Shown here: positions 1 through 7,082 of the stretch, piece by piece
Layout of the letters: each line of letters begins with the position of its first letter
Position numbering within the stretch: position 1 is the stretch's first letter
NCBI GenBank assembly: GCA_000388065.2
Contig: KB932204.1
Direction: 5' to 3' (one strand)
Length of the DNA stretch: 7,628 bases
Source of the DNA: Fonticula alba ATCC 38817
Taxonomy: Eukaryota > Protista > Nucleariida
Position numbers and translations under genes: made by a program
Notes under the pieces: generated by a model
Databases searched by the model: none
What the model was told of the DNA's origin: nothing
The model's input: only the letters and a program-made list of their open reading frames with translations

Positions 1-382
1 CCACTCGACGCCCCCCCCCCCCCCCGCCGCTCGGCGTCGCACCGTCGCCGGAGCCCGAGCGCGCGCACGGGCGTGCTCCGCCCCGGGGGATGACGCGTGA
101 GCCGTGGCGCATGCCTGCTCTTCCGGCACCCCGGGGTGGAGGAAGCCGCGAGGAGGGGGCGGGGGCATCGGCGCCAGCCACAGGCCCCGGATGCCGGCGG
201 CCGCGCGGGGGGGGGGGGGGGGGGTGTCGCAGGCGCCCCCGAGCAGGGTGTTGGTTTGTAGGAACCGGCCGCCCATGGGTCGGCCCCGAGCCGCAAATGG
301 GCGCGTTCCCCCCCCGGGGGGCGCGGCCGCGGCGGGAAACGCATGGCCGGCCCGCCAGCCAGGGGTGCTGGCTTTCCCCGCC

Positions 383-414
383 GGGAGGGGGGGCGCGGGG
401 CGGGGCGGGGCGGG
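383..414 (+). promoter_or_regulatory. Tandem GGGGC GC-box-like / potential G-quadruplex tract in the upstream non-coding region
   Basis: GGGG-C-GGGG-C-GGGG-C-GGG at 397-414, preceded by further G runs. Function is not shown by the sequence. Confidence 0.3.
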
Positions 415-1120
415 CGACGCGGCGGTGCTTTGCCGGCTGCTGGTTCTTCCGCCTTTGGCCGCGGACAACCGGCAGGGCGGGGGGGCCGCCCGGGGACGTT
501 ATTTTTGGCCCGGCCGAAAATGGCAGGCGCAGCGCACCTCCGCACAGACGCGCGCACCTCCGGGGCGGCACACATACTCACGATCGGGCCGGGCTCGGCC
601 GGGTGCCTTTTCCGGGACTCGGCTCCTCGGCCAAAACGGGCACAGGCCGGCCAGGCCTACCCAAGTGGGGGCCGGGCCGGGATATTCGTCCGCACATCAT
701 TCTGTCCGAGGGGAGGGGGGGGGTGATACGTCCCATTTATTGGCGCAACGGGGCTGCTCCAGGGGGGGGGGGGAGCAGAAGAGAACCGAGCAGGTTCCGA
801 GAGGCCCCCGGCCACCGGGCGGCCCGGCATCAAGGAGGGGGGGGGGGCACCCGCCGGGCCCGCACCACTCCGCCTCGCGAGATCGAGAGATCGCCCCCGG
901 CACATCGGGCGAGCCGGGGGGGAGGGGTACACAGCCACATCACCGCCCCCCGGCCGGGCCCCCGAACCGGGGTGTTTATTTTTTTTTCTTTTGGCCGACC
1001 GTCCTGCCCCGGTGCCGGGGCCTGTTTGTGCCATTGCTCCTCTCCCGCCTCCCTCCCCCATTTGTCCCGCACATTTCCGTCCACCATCCCCCTTTCGCCT
1101 TCCATCCCCTCTGCCTGCCC

Positions 1121-1872
1121 NNNNNNNNNNNNNNNNNNNNNNNNNNNNNNNNNNNNNNNNNNNNNNNNNNNNNNNNNNNNNNNNNNNNNNNNNNNNNNNN
1201 NNNNNNNNNNNNNNNNNNNNNNNNNNNNNNNNNNNNNNNNNNNNNNNNNNNNNNNNNNNNNNNNNNNNNNNNNNNNNNNNNNNNNNNNNNNNNNNNNNNN
1301 NNNNNNNNNNNNNNNNNNNNNNNNNNNNNNNNNNNNNNNNNNNNNNNNNNNNNNNNNNNNNNNNNNNNNNNNNNNNNNNNNNNNNNNNNNNNNNNNNNNN
1401 NNNNNNNNNNNNNNNNNNNNNNNNNNNNNNNNNNNNNNNNNNNNNNNNNNNNNNNNNNNNNNNNNNNNNNNNNNNNNNNNNNNNNNNNNNNNNNNNNNNN
1501 NNNNNNNNNNNNNNNNNNNNNNNNNNNNNNNNNNNNNNNNNNNNNNNNNNNNNNNNNNNNNNNNNNNNNNNNNNNNNNNNNNNNNNNNNNNNNNNNNNNN
1601 NNNNNNNNNNNNNNNNNNNNNNNNNNNNNNNNNNNNNNNNNNNNNNNNNNNNNNNNNNNNNNNNNNNNNNNNNNNNNNNNNNNNNNNNNNNNNNNNNNNN
1701 NNNNNNNNNNNNNNNNNNNNNNNNNNNNNNNNNNNNNNNNNNNNNNNNNNNNNNNNNNNNNNNNNNNNNNNNNNNNNNNNNNNNNNNNNNNNNNNNNNNN
1801 NNNNNNNNNNNNNNNNNNNNNNNNNNNNNNNNNNNNNNNNNNNNNNNNNNNNNNNNNNNNNNNNNNNNNNNN
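1121..1872. other. Assembly gap (752 N)
   Basis: Run of N, followed by poly-C. It probably hides the 5' exon(s) of the LIM-RGS-PX gene. Confidence 0.98.
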
Positions 1873-1955
1873 CCCCCCCCCCCCCCCCCCCCCCCCGAGG
1901 TCTCCCCTCTTTCCCTCCGCGCCGCCCCCCCCCCCCCCCCCCCCGGTGCACGCAG

Positions 1956-4900
1956 TCTTCGGCAGCACCTCGCCCGAGGCGGCCACCGTCAATGACTTCA
2001 TCGCCCTGCGCCAGTGTGTCCTCGAGCGCCTGAAGAAGCTGGCTCTCGGAGCCAAGCGCATGATCGTCCTGGCCGACGACCTGATCGACGGCGGCTCGCA
2101 CGCGGTACGCGCGTCTCTCCTTCTCCCTCCTCCTCCTCCTCCTCTCTCTCTCTCCCTCTCGCCTGACCGTCCTCCTCCTCCCACCCTCGGCGGCACACAG
2201 CACGCCCTCGGCGACGGCCACGGCCCCGGCAGCCCGGCCCACGGCGGGTACTACAGCGACAGCGAGGAGGAGCTCGACGAGGATGACGAGATTTGCCACC
2301 TATGCTCGCTGCCCATCCGGCCGCAGGAGCCGCGAGTGCTGGTGGACGAGCCGGCCACCGGGCCGGCTACCGGCGCCTCGACCGACTCCATCGACGACGA
2401 CCCCCTTGCCAGCCCCCCCCTGGCGCCTCCCCATCAGCAGCCATCGCACTCATCCATGAGCCTGGCCGCCGGGGGCGTGTACATCCACATCCACTGCATG
2501 CGGTGCAATGTGTGCGCCGCGTCGCTGCTGGAGGCCCCCTTCTCGCTGGACCAGAATGAGCGCGTCCTCTGCGTCGGCTGTGCGTGCCCTTTTCGATTTT
2601 GCCCCCCTTGCGCAGGGGACGCCCCTTCCGGCGGGAGATCGCCGGGCCCGGCGCGAGGGGGTCTCCCCTTGCCTTGCCCCCTTTTGGGGCTGCCTCGCGC
2701 CTGGACATGCCAATCGCTGACCCAACCACCACCACCGCCGCCGCCGCCGCCGCCGCCGCCCGGCTCCTCGCGTGGCTCAATGCACGTCCGCAGGCTCGCC
2801 CAAGTGCCACCAGTGCCACCAGACCATCCTCCGGGACCTGGTGCAGGCCTTCGGCCGGACCTACCACGGGGATTGCTTCCAGTGCTACCAGTGCCACCAG
2901 CCGATGAAGTCCTCGCCGCAGTGCTCCTCCTCCGGGCTCGGCGGGTCCAACGGGACCCCCGGCTCGTCGCAGCATTTCTACCAGCAGTCCGGCCAGCCGA
3001 TTTGCTCGCGGTGCATGTCCAATCGGTCGGTCTTCATCAAGCGCGCCTTCCCCGAGGCGGACGAGCTCCTGCGTGCGTGGTCCTGCCCCCCCCCCCCCCC
3101 TCCCCCCGGCCGAGTGCCCTCCGGCTGGCTCTTCCCCCGGGGCTTCTTTTTTTTTTTTCCCCTCCCCTTCCTCTCGCGCCCTTGCTCGCGCTTCCCCCCT
3201 CGTGCACATCCTCACACGCGGCCACGCACACATGGCCCCCCTCGGCGGCGACCATACCGACAGACACCACGCCCCCGACGCCGACCGATGCCGATCCCAG
3301 CATGGACGAGGCCCCGCTGACGCCGACCACCGCCGAGTCCGACCACTTCATTTCGCTGTCGGACTTCCAGCACGGGTCCGTGTCGAAGCTCCCCCGGTCG
3401 GACTCCACCCTGTCGGTGATGACCCCGCGGCCGTCGTCAACCATGGTCTTCAATCTGGCCAACTCCCGGACGCTGGAGGGGTACGCGCCGCCTCTGCCTC
3501 CCTTCCCCTTCCGAAGTCTCCCTTTGCTTGCCTCCTTCTCTGGCCCTCCTCCATCGAGCATGCACATGTACTGACGCGCGGAGCCGGCGACATCGCCCTC
3601 CCTGCCACCCCCGCCCGCCGGGGTCCCGTGCTTGTGTGTGTGTGTGTGTGTGTGCGTCTGTGTGTGTCCCCGCAGTGTTCTCAACTCCGAGCAGGGGACC
3701 GACTACTTTGTCCGCTTCTGTATCGAGGATTACTCGGTGGAGAAGATCTTCTTCGTGCTGGACCTCCGCCAGTTTGAGACCGTGCAAAGTGCGTTCCTGA
3801 TGTCGCCCCCTCGTCGTCGGCCATGCTCCCTCTCGGGCCCTCGGCCAGACATACTCACCGCTGTGGGTGCCCCTTCCTTTGTCCTCCCCCCCCCCCCCCC
3901 CCCTTGCCATGACATGCAGTCGCATCTGCGTCGGACCTGCACCTGTACGCGACGACCATCTTCCACAAGTATCTCCGGCCGGATGCCGAGCTGGCGGTCG
4001 ACGTGCCGCTGGACCTGCGGATGGACCTGTTCAAGGTGATCGAGTCCAACCGGGTGAGCCGGTCGATGTTCCAGCGCGCGCGGGCCCTGGTGTACCAGCA
4101 GCTGGAGGACGAGGTCTTCCCGAAGTTCTTCTACAGCATTCTCGGCCGCCGGTACCTGGAGAGCATTGAGTTTGATGACAACGGCGAGGTGTCTCTGCGT
4201 GCGTGTGACCTCTCGTTCTTCTTCCTCTTCTTCCTTTTTTCTCTCCCCCTTCTCCGTCGCTGCCGCTGCCGCTGCCGCTGCCGCTGTGGTGGCGCGCGCC
4301 CGGCGAGGCGCGGGGCTCGCACATCTCGCACAGACAACTGACCGGGGGACCACTTGCGCAATCGGCTCGACGCGTAGTTTCCCTTGCCCAGCGCCGGAAG
4401 CCGGCCTTCTCGGACATCGAGGCCGCCGTGTCGATGGCCAACCTGTCGGCCTCCAACCAGGCCTCCGGCATCCCGAACACGGTGGTCATCGTCGGGGCCA
4501 GCGTCCGGACATTCGAGCGCCGGCGCGACCCGGACAAGTACTATGTACGTGTTGCTATGCATGGCCGGCCGGCCGGCCATCCTGTCGGCGCGCCTCGTGC
4601 TCTGCTGACGTGTGTCTCCCCCTCCCCTCCTGTGTCCTGCCCGCCGCTGTGTGTGTGTGTCTCTCTCTCTCTTTCGGGTTTCCTCTTGCTCTTTCCTTTT
4701 GCACGCACGCGCGCACAGGCGTACGAGGTCGTGGTCCACCGGGCTGTCTGCCGGCAGCGGCCCGCCCCCGTCGACGCCAACTCGTCTCAGGACCAGGCGA
4801 TCGCCATCACGACCATTGGCGTGTACCGCCGGTTCAGGTACGGCCTCCCCCTTTGTCTGCCCCGGCTGGCGTGTGCCTCCCATGCCGGTGTCTCCCCCCT

Positions 4901-5303
4901 GCTCTTCTTCCTCTTTCTCATCCCCCCCCCCCCCCCCCGTGGTGTATCTGATCCCGACGCCGCTGACCGTGCCCATGACACTGGCCACGCCCTGCCCCCG
5001 CCGCCGGCCAAATGCAGCCAATTCTTCCAGCTCCACCAGGCCCTCACCAAGCAGTTCCCCCGGCTGGTGTTCCCGCCCTTCCCGCCACGCATGAAGTTCG
5101 GCCGGAGCCAGGTCCAGCGCGTGACCGTCCAGAGGCTGGCCCACCTGGATGTGTACATGAAGGGACTGATGCAGCTGGCCGAGGTGAAGACCTCGGCCCG
5201 GCTGTTGGAGTTCCTCCACCCATCGGACGACGACATTCAGAACTACCGCTTCAACAAGCGCCTCAGTGCCATCTCCGTGGACTTCACCCTCAAGTACCAC
5301 TGA
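1956..5303 (+). CDS. Multi-exon gene, 5' incomplete, encoding a LIM-LIM-RGS(RH)-PX signalling/scaffold protein
   Basis: Exons 1956-2104, 2201-2579, 2794-3072, 3264-3480, 3676-3788, 3920-4198, 4378-4544, 4719-4837 and 5018-5303 (stop TGA 5301-5303). All eight introns are GT..AG, with donors GTACGC/GTGCGT/GTACGT/GTACGG and matching phases (0,1,1,2,1,1,0,2). Exons total 1988 nt = 2 nt + 662 codons. Splicing rebuilds domain motifs across junctions: LIM1 last Cys T|GC, RGS TLEG|VLNS, PX RRF-AG|C(Ser)-QF. The first visible exon starts in phase 1 after CGCAG, so upstream exon(s) probably lie in the gap. Confidence 0.9.
2126..2153 (+). repeat. Intronic (CCT)6/(CT)6 microsatellite
   Basis: Read directly in intron 2105-2200. 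Confidence 0.85.
2294..2795 (+). other. LIM domain 1 (spans intron 2580-2793)
   Basis: CHLC-x60-HIHC-MRC-NVC-x18-CVGC has all eight LIM zinc ligands. The first loop is much longer than the canonical 16-23 aa. Confidence 0.8.
2725..2760 (+). repeat. Intronic (ACC)4(GCC)8 compound microsatellite
   Basis: Read directly, between the GCTGAC at 2716 and the acceptor at 2793. Confidence 0.9.
2805..3014 (+). other. LIM domain 2
   Basis: CHQC-x16-HGDC-FQC-YQC-x36-CSRC, including the typical LIM segment VQAFGRTYHxxCFxCxxC. Confidence 0.88.
3470..4161 (+). other. RGS / RGS-homology (RH) domain (spans introns 3481-3675 and 3789-3919)
   Basis: Spliced sequence TLEGVLNSEQGTDYFVRFCIEDYSVEKIFFVLDLRQF...ATTIFHKYLRPDAELAVDVPLDLRMDLFKVI...MFQRARALVYQQLEDEVFPKFFYS follows the RGS helix pattern L..lL....G...F..F...E.s.En..F / I...Y......vni / F..a...v...me....P.F..S. 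Confidence 0.88.
3633..3654 (+). repeat. Intronic (TG)11 microsatellite
   Basis: Read directly, near the 3' end of intron 3481-3675. Confidence 0.9.
4258..4286 (+). repeat. Intronic (CGCTGC) hexamer repeat, about 5 copies
   Basis: Read directly in intron 4199-4377. Confidence 0.85.
4479..5225 (+). other. PX (phox homology) domain (spans introns 4545-4718 and 4838-5017)
   Basis: Spliced sequence ...VRTFERRRDPDKYYAYEVVV...VYRRFSQFFQLHQALTKQFPRLVFPPFPPRMKFGRSQVQRVTVQRLAHLDVYMKGLMQL...LLEFLHP contains the RR(F/Y)SxF..LH..L motif, the PxxP loop, the R..L..Y...L helix and the terminal FL. Confidence 0.9.
4648..4672 (+). repeat. Intronic (TG)6/(CT)6 compound microsatellite
   Basis: Read directly in intron 4545-4718. 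Confidence 0.85.
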
Positions 5304-6275
5304 TGGGGGAGGGGCAGAAGAGGACGGCCAGGGGCGCGTTTTCCCTCCCTCCTCGCTGGTCCCCCGGCCCCCGGCAGTTGGCGGCATCGGGGGAGGGAGG
5401 GACAAGCGCGGCGATCTCCACGTCCGGCCAGTAGTGGCAGGGAGGGGGAGATGCCGTGTGCGTGTATGCGTCCGCGGCGCGCCGCATGCACCCGCATATG
5501 TGTGTCTCTCCGGTTGGGGCATTCCCCCCCCCCCCCCCCCCCCCCTGCCGGGAAGAAGTGTGGCCCATGTATTGTGCGCCCGCGCGGCATCCACCACCGC
5601 GGGCGGCTCCCTTCTCCCCACCCAGCACGGGGGAAGCATGCCCCCCAGCGACCACCGCGCGCCGCCCCCTGTCACAGGGCAAGAGCCAAAGAGAGAGCGG
5701 CAGACACTCGTGCCGTCGTCGTCCCCCCCCCCCCCGTTCGGGGGAAAAATACAACCAAAAGATACACGCGCATGTGTCCGCTTGTCACCCAGGGGGGGGG
5801 GGTTCCTCGGATCCGCGCACGGTGCTGGTGGAGCGCCTCCGGTGTCCGTCGGATCACGTGCAGAAGGGTTTCTTGCCGGGCCATGTGTAACCCCCATATG
5901 CCTGCGTGCGCCGCGGGTTGTCCGGAAAAGAGGCTGCGTCTCCCAGACGCAATCCATGACCTCGCACGTCTGGACTTGTGTGGTGTGTGTGTATATGTAG
6001 ATGCGGGCCTGAGAGCACGCGCGCACAGCCTGCCCGTGTGCGGCCTGGGCCAGGTCTTTTTCTTCCCTTTTCGCGCCCTCCGTGGTGGTGTGCGCGGCGA
6101 TCGCCGTCTGCCAGGGAAGAAGCCCGGCGGCGAGGGACAGTCAGTCGGCAGTATGGCCAAGCCAGGTGGCACCTCGGCGACCGGAAGGCCGGCACCTGTG
6201 CTTGGCATGTTGGCGCCCAAGCCGGGTCCACGCGCTCACTCCGGCCCATCTCGCAAGAGTCCCCCCCCCCCCCCC

Positions 6276-6288
6276 NNNNNNNNNNNNN
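6276..6288. other. Small assembly gap (13 N)
   Basis: Run of N immediately after a poly-C tract. Confidence 0.98.
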
Positions 6289-6330
6289 CGCCCGCCGCAA
6301 GCAGCATAGGCGACGGCGCCTGAGAGCAGC

Positions 6331-6895
6331 ATGTCCGCCGCGGCGTCGATGTTTGCCCCCCCGCCAGCGCCCCTGGTCGGCGGCGCCCCGCCCGGCGGCG
6401 GAGCTCTTCCCGGCCCCGGGGACCCGGCGGCCGCCACCGCCCCCTACACGGATGACTCGCCGGACCTGTCGGCCTCCGAGCGCAACATCGTCACGGCCAT
6501 CGCGGCACTGGCCCTGCCGGACACCCTCGGGCACCACCACACCCTGGACCCCGGGCAGCCGGTGGCCGGGCAGCTGGACGACCTGCCGCTGGTGTCGCGC
6601 CTGGTGACCCTGGCCAATGCGGTGCGCGGCCTCTGCCGCGACGCGCCGGTGCTCGTGGCGCAAGCCGGCTGTGGCGAGGAGGGTGCGTGTTCGCCGCCGG
6701 TCGCGGAAGTCCCACCTTCCGCCGGCTGTCACTGACCCCCTTGCGTATCTCTCTCTGTGTGTGTGTGTGTGTGGGTGTACGTGTGTGTCTGTTTCATTCC
6801 TGCCTGCCGGACGGCCCCAGAACTGGAGGTCCTCCACAACCGCGCGTCCACCCTGCTGGAAGTCCTCCGCGAGCTGGTCAACGATGTGCGCCGAT
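6331..6895 (+). CDS. First two exons of a hypothetical protein (Pro/Gly/Ala-rich N-terminus followed by a predicted helical region)
   Basis: The ATG at 6331 is preceded by an in-frame TAG at 6307. Exon 6331-6682 has coding-like C/G-ending codons. Intron 6683-6820 runs GTGCGT..CACTGAC..CCCCAG in phase 1. The next exon starts at 6821 (E-LEVLHNRASTLLEVLRELVND) and ends at donor 6886 (GTGCGC) or 6896 (GTACGT). No family recognised. Confidence 0.7.
6749..6773 (+). repeat. Intronic (CT)4/(TG)9 compound microsatellite
   Basis: Read directly in intron 6683-6820. Confidence 0.85.
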
Positions 6896-7082
6896 GTACG
6901 TTCCTCCTCGTCCGGTGGCCTGTGTTTCTGTGCATGCAAGCTCAAGCCGCGCCCCCCCCCCCCCGAGCCACCCCCACCCCCCCCCCTACACGCGACCGCC
7001 CCCCCTCCCGCCCCCCGCGCCACCCCCACCCTACCCCCACCCCCCCCAGCCCCCCCACGCCCAACCACCCCACCCCGCCACC

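Noticed and set aside
532-704. Possible minus-strand exon (CAG acceptor near 702-704; GGAG|GTGCGC donors from the GCGCACCTCCG direct repeat at 532-542 and 552-562)
   Set aside because: All three frames of the putative exon contain stops. An 11-nt repeat is not surprising at this GC content. A non-coding exon cannot be supported without transcripts.
574-720. ATACTCAC resembling the U1 snRNA 5' end (also at 3851)
   Set aside because: No U1 stem-loop II AUUGCAC loop and no Sm site follow. The copy at 3851 is better explained as a branch motif.
90-3574. Very long ORFs in the track (647, 1156, 489, 406 and 334 aa)
   Set aside because: They run through the N gap and low-complexity G/C runs. Only the exon parts of 104..3574 between 1956 and 3480 are real coding sequence.
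4561-4580. Perfect 20-nt palindrome ATGGCCGGCCGGCCGGCCAT in an intron
   Set aside because: It arises almost automatically from a (GGCC)n repeat. It is a single instance with no element ends or target-site duplication.
3470-5303. Calling the gene SNX13/14/25 or MDM1 because of RGS+PX
   Set aside because: No PXC after the PX, LIM domains instead of PXA directly before the RGS, and a different-looking PX subtype. No gene symbol assigned.
4131-6026. 631-aa minus-strand ORF and other antisense ORFs
   Set aside because: They are antisense shadows of GC-rich coding exons and repeats, with Arg/Gly/Pro-rich translations, no domain motifs and no minus-strand splice pattern.
5304-6330. ORFs in the region between the two loci (5266..6000, 5451..6323 and others)
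   Set aside because: No codon bias like the real exons, poly-C/poly-G translations and no coherent exon structure. Treated as 3' UTR, intergenic and promoter DNA.
6700-6715. GGAAGTCCC resembling RNase MRP/P CR-I; also CCGGGGGACCAC at 4342 resembling part of SRP RNA
   Set aside because: Both are isolated short matches inside small introns, with none of the other conserved regions or room for the fold.
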